DNA of 44,034 nucleotides from Paraphysomonas bandaiensis (taxonomy: Eukaryota; Protista; Chrysophyceae). The position numbers and the translations under genes were made by a program. The stretch spans positions 1 to 44,034 of the forward strand of contig CBFFRP010000008.1 of assembly GCA_965644295.1 (NCBI GenBank), in the 5' to 3' direction. Under the pieces are notes generated by a model. It made no database searches and was not told where the DNA came from. It worked only from the letters and a program-made list of their open reading frames with translations. Positions 1 through 11,704 of the stretch are shown one piece after another (position 1 is the first letter of the stretch; each line of letters starts with the position of its first letter).

Positions 1-2280
1 GAGAAAGTAGTGAGATGCGCTATACGCGACGTTGTGGACTGGTGTAGGGGGGTGTCGAGTCGTTCCTGTCGACGTCTTGAGGAGGACCCAGCCACGCTGA
101 AGGTACAGCGGGTGTCCCTGCCAGAACTGGAATCGGAGTCGTAGTAGTTTAAGCATGAGTAGGAAGTCTTCGGTGTCCATGTAGTGTTTGGCGGGGAGGG
201 CTCTGGCCTGTGAGTTGGGGGAGCGGAGGGAATTCCTCATGCGGGTGAGTGTACGCCGCAGTGTTTGGATACGTGTGGCAGTGATGCCTGCAGTGAGGCA
301 TAGGGCCAGCAAGCGTTGCACCAGTGACAATAATGCGGTGGTATCCTCCTCGCTGGAAAGGTGCACAGGGTTGTATTTTCCTATTGCAGTTGACCTCAGA
401 ATTTGATGAGCTGCTGCCACCGAGCAGAAGCCACGTCCGGGGGTGGCGGCGTAATCCGTATCGCAGTTGAACGAGGTGACGTGTATGTAGTTGGAACTGT
501 TGTTGACAGTATTGAAGAGTGTGGGCCAGGCTGTTGGGTCCGGAGAGGTCATGATGGTGGTGTGGAGTTGGTGTAGGAGATCCTCTCGCAGGGACGCTGC
601 TATTTGGCCGGTGTTGTCGTAGGCAGCCCAGGTGTTGGTGAGTAAATTGGTGAAGGGGACTGTGCTGTCCTGTTGTGGGGGCTTAGCCTCCAGCTGGTTA
701 ACTTTGGCAGTCGTGGGGGAAGTGGGGCCAGTCGTGGTGGACAGAGGAGTGAAGGTATCTGTGGTGCCAGACCTGTTCGGTTTCAAGAGCTGGGGTGTGG
801 GAGTGATACAGTGAGTTGAGGACAGAGTCGCTGAGCCGTGATTTTTGTGGGAGGTTTTGTCGCGTGCATGGGCTGTTACTGTGAGAGGTGGGTGGGAGAC
901 TGTGGATGGGTGGTGACCTGGTGGAGCGACTATAGTAGTGTGCGATGTTTCGGAGTGAGTGTGGTCTGTACCGCAGGTATTATGTTGTTCGGTGGTGTGT
1001 GATTGTTGACGGGTGGGTATGGGGGGGAAGAAGTCGAAGAGGGTGGTTAGGGATGGTGCGGTCTGGTGGGAGGCATGGACACGTCGGCGTCGATGGGAGG
1101 GGGGCCTCCGTGCGGGGCCATCTCCGCTATCGTCAGAGGTATACCCTGGGCCCTGCTGGTGTGCCGAGGGGTGCTCTGTGCGCTGTGTGTTTGTATCATG
1201 TGGACCCCGGGAATGCTGTGCGTAGGTTCTGTGCGTCGAGCACCATGTGTAGTCACGACTAAATGGCTCATGTAGCATGGAACACAACAGCAGCTTCAAG
1301 GTGATACAGGGGGAGTGTTTTGGGTGTAGAGGTGGAGACAAAGGTGATAGTGTTTCGTAGGTTCTCCGGGGTGAGTGCGAAGTGTAGGCGAGACTACATA
1401 GCTCGGACCCCAGGGAACACAACAATGAGAGTGGGAGTGTAGCCTGGGGATGTATGTATTGGGATATAGGGGAAGGACGGTTATGTCTCCTGGGGAGTTG
1501 TCCCGCGTTATCTGGAGCTGCCATGGGAGTGGGAGCGTCGGCTTGGTGGGTATTACCTGGGGTTGTGGGTTGTCGAGATACCTTATTAGGGGGTTTACGT
1601 GGTCGACGCTTGGGCGGACCGTCGCTGCTGTCGTCGCTGCTGTAACCAGGTCCAACCTGGCGTGGTCTGAGTTGGTGTTTTTTCGCACCTCTTTGCGTCG
1701 GAGGATTGTCGTGTGAAAGCTTGTGAGTACTATGGACTGTGAACAGGCATACCTGGTGCATGCACAGCATTTCCACAGTCCGCTCTGTGCATCCTGTGAG
1801 AGCGTGAGTTGGAGGATGTGGGTGGTGGTGTGCTGTTGGACGGGCACAGGAGGGGAGGTGGATGTGGGTGTTTTGATGCAGGTGAGCAGTACCATGGGCT
1901 GTGAACAGGCACACCTGGTGCATACACAGCATTTCCACAGTCTGCTCTGTGCATCCTGTGAGAGCGTGAGTTGGAGGATGTAGGTGGTGGTGTGCTGTTG
2001 GACGGGCACGGGAGGGGAGGTGGATGTGGGTGTTTTGATGCAGGTGAACAGTACCATGGGCTGTGAACATGCACACCTGGTACATGCACAGCGTTTCTAC
2101 AGTGTCCGCTCTGTGCATCGCGTGAGAGCGCGAGTTGGCGTGTGCTGGTGGTGTTGTGCTAGTGCACGGACACAGGAGGGGAGGTGGATGTGGGTGTTTT
2201 GATGCAGGTGAGCAGTACCATGGGCTGTGAACAGGCACGCGAGGTGCATGCACAGCATCTCCACAGTCCGCTCTGGGCAT
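1..2280 (-). CDS. Partial TE polyprotein with OTU-like cysteine protease domain (not in ORF track)
   Basis: Manual translation: no stop from 2298 to position 1 (ATG at 2280). Motifs TPGRGFCSVAAAHQIL (Cys loop, ~444-397), KHYMDTEDFLLMLKLLRLRFQFW (~189-121) and VHNVAYSASHYFL (His loop, 39-1). Confidence 0.65.
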   Translation of the reverse strand, partial: MPRADCGDAVHAPRVPVHSPWYCSPASKHPHPPPLLCPCTSTTPPAHANSRSHAMHRADTVETLCMYQVCMFTAHGTVHLHQNTHIHLPSRARPTAHHHLHPPTHALTGCTEQTVEMLCMHQVCLFTAHGTAHLHQNTHIHLPSCARPTAHHHPHPPTHALTGCTERTVEMLCMHQVCLFTVHSTHKLSHDNPPTQRGAKKHQLRPRQVGPGYSSDDSSDGPPKRRPRKPPNKVSRQPTTPGNTHQADAPTPMAAPDNAGQLPRRHNRPSPISQYIHPQATLPLSLLCSLGSELCSLAYTSHSPRRTYETLSPLSPPLHPKHSPCITLKLLLCSMLHEPFSRDYTWCSTHRTYAQHSRGPHDTNTQRTEHPSAHQQGPGYTSDDSGDGPARRPPSHRRRRVHASHQTAPSLTTLFDFFPPIPTRQQSHTTEQHNTCGTDHTHSETSHTTIVAPPGHHPSTVSHPPLTVTAHARDKTSHKNHGSATLSSTHCITPTPQLLKPNRSGTTDTFTPLSTTTGPTSPTTAKVNQLEAKPPQQDSTVPFTNLLTNTWAAYDNTGQIAASLREDLLHQLHTTIMTSPDPTAWPTLFNTVNNSSNYIHVTSFNCDTDYAATPGRGFCSVAAAHQILRSTAIGKYNPVHLSSEEDTTALLSLVQRLLALCLTAGITATRIQTLRRTLTRMRNSLRSPNSQARALPAKHYMDTEDFLLMLKLLRLRFQFWQGHPLYLQRGWVLLKTSTGTTRHPPTPVHNVAYSASHYFL

Positions 2281-2288
2281 CTCGTGAG
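1723..2288. repeat. Coding tandem repeat, 162-bp unit, ~3.4 copies
   Basis: Anchor GTGAAC at 1739, 1901, 2063, 2227 (periods 162,162,164). The 2-bp insertion near 2102 shifts the reading frame. Confidence 0.95.
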
Positions 2289-5200
2289 CTGTATTATCTC
2301 ATATGGTCTTTGCGTCGAGCACAATGTGTATACATGGCTACATGGCTCATATGGCGTTGAACACAACAGCGGGTTCGAAATGGGACGGTGTGTGTGTGTT
2401 GAGTGGAATAGAGTGGGCGGAGGTAACGGTGAAACGGGGGTTCTCTGCGGTCGGCACCATGTGTAGACTAGACTGTATCGCGACGAAAATAAGGCACGGA
2501 CATGTCGATATGGCTCATGGAAGATAAGGAGTTGTGTGTGTTTGTTGTTAATGTATGGGGTGTGATGTAAGGAGGTAATAGTGGCATAGTGTAGGAGGGA
2601 GTAGATGCAGTGGGGGTGGAGTGTGTCGGTGTGGAACCAGGATGGCGTATACCTGGTATACATCAGAATACTGGAGTGGTAAGGAAGAGCGTATAAGGGC
2701 TGTAGTACTCTTCATGTGTAGAGGCTGGAGGCGGTGGATTGTGTGTACTCTGCACAATATACAGTGTAATATACGGTGTATTCCAGTGGTGTAGGTTGCG
2801 TGTATATGACTGAGTATCGGTGGTGTGTGTGATGATGTTGGAGTGGGTGTGATGGAGGAGTGTAAAGTATGAAAACACCGTAGACGAGGTTTGTGATGAA
2901 GCTCTGGTACCCTTAATATTCCACAGGGCGTGTTCGGTGCAAGTAGGTGCCTCCAGGGTGGTTTTGGGTGAAGTGGGGTAGGCCAGTAAGCTTGGAGCAG
3001 CGTTTCCAGCTGTTGCAATGGGCTGATGGGGGCGAAATTGGCTGTTGAGTAAACCCGCAGAATGGGGACCCTGTCGGATATGCAGACTGCGAGGATGGCA
3101 CTGGGGGAGGCCATGCTGTGGGGCAGAGCAACACTGCCAGGGCTGCATCCCTGCACTGGAGTGTGTGTAGGCTCTATTTGTAGTTTGTTATTGGGTGTTT
3201 GTTGGGCGTCCATCCAAAGACCTGAATATGTAGGTGTTTGGTAGTTGTGGTGCATGGGACAATTTGTAGTTGTAGTGAGGTCACCGTGAGGTGGATGTGG
3301 TCATGTTGACCGAGGTAGAGCTTGTAATAAGCAGTTTTCTTAAATGGTGCCTGTAGCTTCCTAGAGCTAGGAAAAAGTATATATAAATCTAGCAAATGAC
3401 AATGAATGATAAAAGGGAAACGGAATATAATATTAAAATTGATTATATTGAGTGAGTTGAACTTTCAGTAGGTTTTAACCATCTAATATTTCAAATACTG
3501 CTACTATCTCTTCACTACACACGTACTGTAGGTTTGTTAAAATAATTTAGCTTTACAGCAAATAAGTACTGCTAGAGTCTTGTTGCATAGATGTTTCGTG
3601 TAGTATATATTACTACTTAATGATCTATTAGGGATAGAAAATTTCAGTAAAACTTATGATTTATAGTAGCGTCATAGATTGACCTGTGAAATAGGTGTGA
3701 CTTACATCCGAATAACCTCTAACAGAGCTATAATTGTCAATTTATTGATGCAGGTTGTAGTCAATTATAATTGCGATTGAACAAAATAATACACACGACG
3801 ATATCGACTGTTTCCTTGCGTTTATCAGGGACGCGTACACAGCGTGTCAGGCTAACGCACGACCCTTGCCAGATGAGTCTATATATTGAAGATTCTAAAA
3901 CCTCTACCCGAAGTGATTTTGCTCTGGCTCCTGCTATACGGATCACGGGAACTTCTTCTCATGAAAGTTGTTGATAATACATATGAAGGAGAAGTACACA
4001 GCAGAGATTCCCAGCAGTTGCTAGAGAATGGCTCGAGTGGGCAGAATTGTATCTTCAAAGTGGAACATGTGTACGGCAAGGAAGAAGCCCAATGTTGACA
4101 TAAGTGCATAAAATAGGCGAGATACAAGGAGGAGGAAGGAGGGGTGGGATTGGGACTGTCAATATAGTAACCTATGAATCAGACAATAAGTCGGGGTAAT
4201 ACCAAAACCTGGTATGCAGTCAGTAGTGTTGTCTATACACTGTATATATCATTATGCATCGTTTATTTTTCTATATAATAATATATAACGATGACAAGAG
4301 GTGAAGTGACAACATCTCTCATCATTCATTGGTATCCGCTACATTTATATTCTCTTTTTACTACCAATCAATTTTATTAGACCTTAGATATTATAGACAA
4401 CATGATCTTACACATTACACACAGTCAAAGTATTTCAGTTCCTCTATAACATATTTCATAACATACATATCATTGGTAACATATAATAAACCTATGATCA
4501 ATATTTGTCAATCGCCATATTCATGTTGTCTCAAATAGCAGTCATTTCTATACAATCTTAGTTACCACGATCTTATACGGTCAATATATTTCAGTTTCAC
4601 TACTATGACTGCTATCATGACATTAGTTCTCATTTCTCATAAAATACAGTTAACCTCTTCTTTATTCTTCCATTAACAGTCACACTTCAAATACCTTCGA
4701 ACTACAGCTTTTAATTGCTCTCAAACAGCAAAACTCAACAGCTTTTAATAGCTTACTCAACATTCAACATTACCATCAATCACACGCTGCCCTGTTTGAA
4801 CCTTTAACTAACTACATGTAGTTTGTACCGCTTATGATATGTATTGTAACTATTAATATATACACTCCAGATATACCTTGCCAGTATCAAATAGATGGTA
4901 GTACAAAATATTATTCGCAATCAATTAATCGTGATTGCAATTATTATTTGCTGTTCCAATTAATTCTAAATCAATTAATTGTTGCGCTGCAGCCCAGATT
5001 TCGAAATTTATCGACTAATATATCGCATGACATTTTGACCAATTATCGACTTCGTAAATTCCAATACTCTGTATTCTGTATATTAAAATCAAAACTGCCT
5101 GTAGGGCACGAAAATTTTTCAGCATCTAGGAAATATATAAATGCATACAAAAAAAACACGCACCTTCATTTAACAAATCCAATTTTAAAATTTCATATGA

Positions 5201-5431
5201 TTAAATGGTGATCATATTTAGATCTACCGGGTACTCTACTCAATTGAAAAGGGCTCTATCTAAACGAAGCTCACACTTCCTACAAACTAGTCTCTGAGGT
5301 GTCAATCTACTAGTTACTCTGCTGAGAAAATGACAAGAGTTCAAAAGTGTCAAACAGTACACACAAACTAATCGATGCTGTACTGCATGATACTATTGTC
5401 ACATTTTCATAGATACAACGTCAGTATAGGA

Positions 5432-6648
5432 TCACTTGCTAATACTGGGAGTGGAGTTATTGAGTTGTTCCTGCTCGGCCCTCGCCGCACGTCTGGCCAT
5501 GACACCACCTCCACTAGCATCCCCAATTCTTGCACCTGGGAGCTTCACGACAACAGCGCTGATGTTGTCTCTCGAACCTGTGCAGCATTTACGAAAAGAA
5601 ATTGTTACAATCAGCAAAGCGAATATATCAAAAGAATGACTTCGTAATTGGCGTACATTTTGCCTACCTTTCAGTAGTGCCACATCGACAACTTCTTCAG
5701 CCACGAGTAGCATATCCTTCTCACCACTGTTGAGTATTTCCCGAACAATATTAACACCTTCCTGACTGGAAAGTACATCCCATACACCATCACATCCCAG
5801 CAATAGAACATCGTCAAGCTCAGTCCGCTCGTGAACCATAATGTCGGGGTAACAAGTTACCTATATGAATCAATAATCGAAGCATTATTTCAGAACAAAA
5901 GTAGCACCTTCTGATCTTTAGCGGGAAGATCCGGACGAGTCTTGTATTGAAAATCCCCATAAGCACGGGACACCGCAAGATCTCCGTCCACGCGTTTCCA
6001 CTGTACAAATCCACCGGCAGCCTCAATCCGTTTTCTCTCACCTTCGTCGTATGGTTTGTGGTCTTCAGACAAAGGGCGAGTCTCCTGTTTAGTGCCCAGT
6101 ACACATCGAGAATCTCCCGAATTTGCACATATAATGTGCTTAGGTGTGATCATTGCTGTGACGGCCGTACAGCCGGAGCTATCTGGAGATGACATTTGGT
6201 GAGACCTGAGTGCAACATCAATATCCAGGAAAGCCTGTTGCAATGCCCCCCCAACTAACGCCACGTTATCACTCCCTTCCTTCACGTATTGATCCCACTG
6301 AGATGTATTCTGAATAAAATTAATAAGGTTTGCTGCGGCGTATATAGCAGCGCCTGAGCCCCCGTGACCGTCAAACACCGCTACAAATAAATGGTCCGGC
6401 ATTGTTGGCATGTCACAGACAATATGTGAATCCTGCAACACACAATCAAGTGACTCGCCGCACATGAAATATGCTCTACCTCCATCTCTAACCTCCACCC
6501 TTGCATTCCGCATGCACCGCACTCTAGACCTGTAGATGAGGTGAATCTCTCGCAGTCGACCTTATCGGTCTTCGGATTATCCAATAAATTTCCCTAATTT
6601 CATTAACACATATCATCATCTTTTACCAAATCTCCAAAAACTTACCAT
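5432..6648 (-). CDS. PP2C/PPM family Ser/Thr protein phosphatase (PTC2/3-like, MG start)
   Basis: Motifs MQGWR.EMEDSH, VFDGHGG, ANSGDSR, LAVSRAYGD, GCDGVWD, GSRDNIS. Exons 6648-6646, 6593-6480, 6432-5908, 5860-5668, 5577-5432 with GT-AG introns of 52, 47, 47 and 90 bp. Confidence 0.96.
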
Positions 6649-7161
6649 TGCTCGACTTTAGTGAGATGAGCACAAGACGGACACCTAAACATCCATCCAC
6701 ATGAGGGAAATGATACATACATACCCTGCTGTACTGTACATATATCCGTATACAGCACCAGAGTACGGTATATCCCGCCGTTTACCAGTATACCACTGTA
6801 TACTACTGTATACCACTGTTATGGATATTGAGAAGGCAAGTTTTTTTTCTGTAGTCCAGTTTTTTCTAGTAGTATACGCTTACACAGAGCTGCTGTAGCA
6901 GGGTGCACTGCGATGTGAAACGTATGGTATACTCGGTATACTGAGTCGTATACACAGCAGTCTTGTCGTATGACGGCTGTGGTTTCACATTGAGTACGAA
7001 TTGCATGCACTGCTCTGAGACATACATACATATATACAGTATACGGTATGTGGGTGCTGTATATGAACACGTGAGTCGGTGGAGTTACGGTGGACTCAAG
7101 ACAAGGTTACACATATAGACAGCGTCAACTCAAGAGGTCGTTATATGACTATATATGTGAC

Positions 7162-10100
7162 ATGGAGTAATAAAATAGAAATTACAATGAAGTTTGCTGT
7201 ATTGCTTAACTAGCAGTGTGATGCCGTGGTTTGGTGACGTTCACAGAGTAGACACTCGGCGATCTTCTTGCTCCGCGGCGTCGTCGAGGGGGTCGGGCAA
7301 TTCAGTCTCTCTTCCGCAGAGCCAAACCGATGAACTGTTCCATTGGATCAGAACACAAGTTTCTATTTCAGGTCGCGAATCACGACCAGATGATTACTAC
7401 TATAACCCTGATAATCATGAAGGGTGGGTGCAAAAGTACCTGGACTATACCATCCAGGCAAGGGACCTCGTAGAGAACGACAATTTCAACTATTTTATTA
7501 TTATTGTAATCATAATTGCTGGTATTAATATTGGAATACAGAGTTATGATCGAATGAGTAATGTGTTTGCCCTTGACATGCTGGACAATGTTATTTTGAT
7601 AGTTTTTTCTTTTGAGGTTGTAGTCAAAATCTTGGCAGAAGGGTTAGCACCTATGATGTACTTTATTGGCCCTGAATGGAAATGGAATAATTTTGACTTT
7701 GCAATAGTCTTTATGAGTTTACCGTTTTGGGATGGCCTCTTTGGTGGCGGATCGCTGGCACTCTTGCGTTTGGTTCGCCTCATGCGTCTAGCAAAGCTTA
7801 TTAAGAAAGTTCCTCAGCTGCAGATGATAGTACAAGGTTTAACTGGTGGGTTATCATCCATCGGTTATATTCTGCTATTATTGCTTCTGGTGTTTTATCT
7901 CTTTGCGGTTGTTGGATTTTACATGTTCGGGAAAAACGACCCTTTTCACTTCGGTAGTCTCCCATTGGCCATGATGACTCTTTTTCGGTGTTCGACTCTT
8001 GATGCCTGGAGTGATGTCATGTATCTGAATATATTCGGATGTGATGGATACGCGTATTTATATGTTTCTGAGGAAGACCAGGATGAGACCAACGAGCTCT
8101 TTTGGTGCGAAAATCCCAAAGGACAGTTTGTGCTATCTACTGTGTATTTTGTTGTATTTGTGGTTGTGTCTGCTCTGGTAATGCTGTCTCTTTTCATTGG
8201 TGCTGTTACCCTGAGTATGGCAGACAGCCTTAACGAACTCAAGGCTATGGCCGAAGAAAAGAAGAAAGCAGACCGCTTCAGGAGGGGTGTTACGAAAATG
8301 TTTCTGGCCTCCGCACGTATTGAATTGAGGAGTAAGGGAAAATTGGCCAAGAGTAATGGAACCCTGGCTGGGCGAATGATAAACAGAGCAGGAATGAAGC
8401 GTGTCAAGTCACCTGAAGGTGTAGCTGCCTCGCACAAAACCTCCATTGCTAGCGTGGATCACCCAGAGGTTACGGCACTAGTCAAGCGCAGGTCTAATTT
8501 GACGTTAGGCCCAGTGCGGGAAACCGTGCCAAGTGTCAAAAACGACAAGGATGAGGAGGAGCAAACTAATGCTCAAATGAATGCCTTTGAAAATTTTGAG
8601 AGTCGCCAGAAGAAGGCGATAGCAGTGCTAGCCTCTTCATCATTACCTGACCCCACCTCTATGATGCATAGGAAGTTCTCTATGTTCATGCCAGCCGTAC
8701 TGAAGGAGCACCTTGACCATTCCGAGCACGATAAGGTGGTTGGTGAGTCCATAGAGGTCAGTCGTAAGCTACGTATCGCACTCGGTGAACTTCCTATCGG
8801 CATTGAAGATGAACCGAAGACCTTCAAACTACTGTTTTATCGAATAAACGTGGCAAAAACCTGGAAGGAGAAGTTTTTAGTCATAGCCGAGCACCTTAAG
8901 TTCTTGACGGAGCATCCGAAGTTTGTTGGTTTCGTGACCTTTGTCATTGTCTTAGCAGGAGTAAATGTAGGCGCCCAAACCGATCCTAGAATATATGGCA
9001 TCCCAATTATTAATGATATTCTCAATGTTTTAGATATACTGATCCTGGCCGTATTTACAATGGAGTGTGTTTTCAAAATTCTGTCTGAAGGACTTCACCC
9101 ATTCGTATATTTTCACGACAACTGGAATAAGTTTGACTTCATAATCGTGGTGGGCTCGTATATTCCCGGTGCTGGATCAATGCTCACAATTTTGCGGCTT
9201 TTGAGGCTTCTCAGAGTTCTCAAACTCGTCAAGTCACTGCCTCAACTTGCTGTCATTGTTAATGCTTTGATGATGGGTTTAGGGTCAATCGGGTACATTG
9301 GGCTAATTCTGTTCCTATGTTTTTACGTGTTTGCTATTCTTGGAATGATACTCTTCCGAAAGAACGATCCGTTTCACTTTGGTAATTTACACATATCCAT
9401 GTTCACCCTTTTTCGAATGTCTACTCTTGACGACTGGACAGAAATCATGTATGTGAATGTGTATGGGTGCGACAGATACTTCGGTGTGTATGAAGACTTC
9501 CCTGAGATGTGCGATGCTCCTGCTGCCACTGGGCTATTGGCAGCCATATACTTTCACTTATTCATTATTATCGGTGCACAAGTATTGCTGACTCTTTTTA
9601 TTGGTGTTGTTACGACGAGTATGGAGGAGGCTCAGGACCTCAAAGACATAGAACTGAAATTAGAACGGCAACTTAAAAGCCTTAAGAATTCAATGGATTT
9701 ATCTGATGCACAGATGCGTCATTTCAGAGAAGTCTTCGCAATGCTAAATTTGGATGGCGGTGGAAAAATCGATTTGGAAGAACTAAGTCTAGGACTACAG
9801 CCTATCAATGACTTATTGCCTGATGATAAGCTTCGCCAAGAAGTGAAGAAATCGGACCCCAGAGGCGTTGGTATTGACGTAATAACTTTTATTATTATAC
9901 TATGTAATATACCTGCGTGCCGCCACAAGCGACTGCTCCGGAGAACCGTTCGACGATGGCGGGCTAACAAGCATAAGCGCGGAGCATTCTTCAGTAATCA
10001 TGCAAAAGCTGCCCTTCCTGACACCTCAAAGATCAAGAAAAAAATTCTAAAGAATGCGAAGGAGATGAATGATATGATATTTGGCTCTGCTGTTTTATTT

Positions 10101-10451
10101 CCGAGCTCGAGTTCTACTTCGTTTAAAGGAGACGGGCATGTTATTTCTGATGGGGGTGGTAGTAACAAGGAGGCAGGTATGACGGAAACAAGCATCAAGC
10201 GTAGGCGATCAGGAACATGGGTTCCTGAAACAGATCACGAAATCTCCACAGCTCTGTCAGTGGCGAAAGAATATTCTACACTAAGCTATATCTATAATAT
10301 ATCTGGTAGTGCCAGTCCTGTACAGACACCATATGTGTCCAATCGACATTCTAATGTTGGTGGTTTTTTCGTACAGGATATAGCTAGCGATAGTGTGCAA
10401 CCCACAATAGAAGAAAAGTCTGGTACATATGTCATGCCTTTTGATAGTTAA
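7162..10451 (+). CDS. Two-domain (2x6TM) voltage-gated cation channel with C-terminal EF-hand pair
   Basis: Two Ion_trans repeats, each with WNxFDF, an S4 (LRLVRLMRLAKL / LRLLRLLRVLKL) and a pore (FRCSTLDAWSD / FRMSTLDDWTE). EF-hand NLDGGGKIDLEE. Predicted 5-nt first exon 7162-7166 plus 47-bp intron 7167-7213 gives MDSVMPWF; alternative start ATG 7221. Confidence 0.93.
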
Positions 10452-10971
10452 AGTTTTGTGCATTTATGTATGTTTTTATGTAGCCATTGCATCACCTGTA
10501 TTAATCCTAATAGGAATTCGTTGCTAAACCGCACAATGGCAAGAATAATATGGTGCTGACTAGGAATATGTGCTGCTAATATTTTACTAAGTTGTATGAT
10601 ACTCAATCTACGAAAACACGTTGTGATAAAAATAATATTTGAGAAGAGAAAGTGCTTGAATTCGTGTGGTACTTCGAGATATGCCCTACTCCCTCACGTG
10701 CTCACGTGAACATCACAGCCAACAATCAACAAAAATTACTAAACCTTACGACATATTATCATGTACATTAATTAGGTAGAATTGGAATTGGACATTACAC
10801 TGAAGTTAACTTCGCTCTTCACGTAAACCTTAACTTTCTTTGTTGCACACAATGCACTTCAAGTAAGAATTATAATTATTGCTCTAAACTCTAAACACTT
10901 TATAACATACTTAACACTTATGTAACATATGGTGAACATCTGTTCTCAGCAATCTTATTATAATACGTTCA

Positions 10972-11704
10972 ACCTCAACAAAGTCGGATTCGCACCTTTT
11001 CGTGGGGATAAATACCGGAGATATTTCTTCGGGAAAGTGACGTGACCAGCAGATATCATATATCATATATAGTCAGCAGATATTGTTCAGACACTCATAT
11101 CAAATGCTTGTGTTGTACAAGGGACACTAATAAGTGTTGTAAAATGCTCATTCTGTTGGAATACGTATGGTTCTCTAAGATAGTACTGTAGAATACGTTA
11201 AATACAATGTGAAAAACAGTAAAACGTAGTCAATAGTCAAAGGTGCTATTATATAGCTATAACTGTGAAATTGAAGTATTATATCATGACGATTCAAGAT
11301 ACGGAAGTTGAGCAGTGGTTGACATGAACGAAATAATTTATCATGTTGTTGACATGTGTTACATGACTACACACACAATTGTGTATACTATTATGATAAA
11401 GTAATCTATCTAGTTTGACTAACTTAAACTTCTCTTAAAACGAGATCATTGTCTGAAAATGGTCAATACTCAGTACATTCTTGAACTAGATCTCAGAGAG
11501 AATTTGGAAAGTATCAGACTCTGCATGCTCACTGGGTTAGCTTTGAGTGATAGAGTGCAAGTTGTTGCACCTTGGTGCGTGCGGTGACACACCCGTAGCT
11601 TTCGTAGCGCCAAATAGTAGGATATCAGAGTTAAGTACTAGTTAGTTTAATTGCAAAGCTAAATTAGGTCTGATTCCGATTGCTAATAATCAGATTTTCA
11701 CAAC
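10972..11704 (+). mobile_element. SINE-like retroposon copy A (5' part 10972-11140, 3' part ~11520-11704, interrupted by unrelated AT-rich DNA)
   Basis: Both parts are reverse-complement matches to copy B (12178-12576) and direct matches to copy E (37949-38432). Confidence 0.85.

Larger units (their letters stand above)
1..3400 (-). mobile_element. 5' part of a large transposable element (probably a non-LTR retrotransposon) with frameshifted ORF, truncated by window edge
   Basis: Strong strand bias (C/A-rich on minus strand), no introns, long overlapping minus-strand ORFs (1-2298, 2097-2663, 2548-3255) sharing degenerate peptide repeats, abrupt switch to AT-rich DNA at ~3400. No RT or transposase within the window. 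Confidence 0.6.

Noticed and set aside
1723-2288. CRISPR-like array
   Set aside because: Contiguous 162-bp tandem units with no unique spacers, in a eukaryotic coding context.
2548-3255. Second degenerate OTU domain in the 235-aa ORF (ends HYYLL)
   Set aside because: Only faint resemblance and no convincing catalytic Cys motif.
3761-4130. Short ORFs as a gene or LINE C-terminal relic (similarly 37020-37380)
   Set aside because: Multiple stops and no diagnostic motif.
7544-10198. Antisense ORFs within the channel and other genes
   Set aside because: Shadow frames of real coding sequence.
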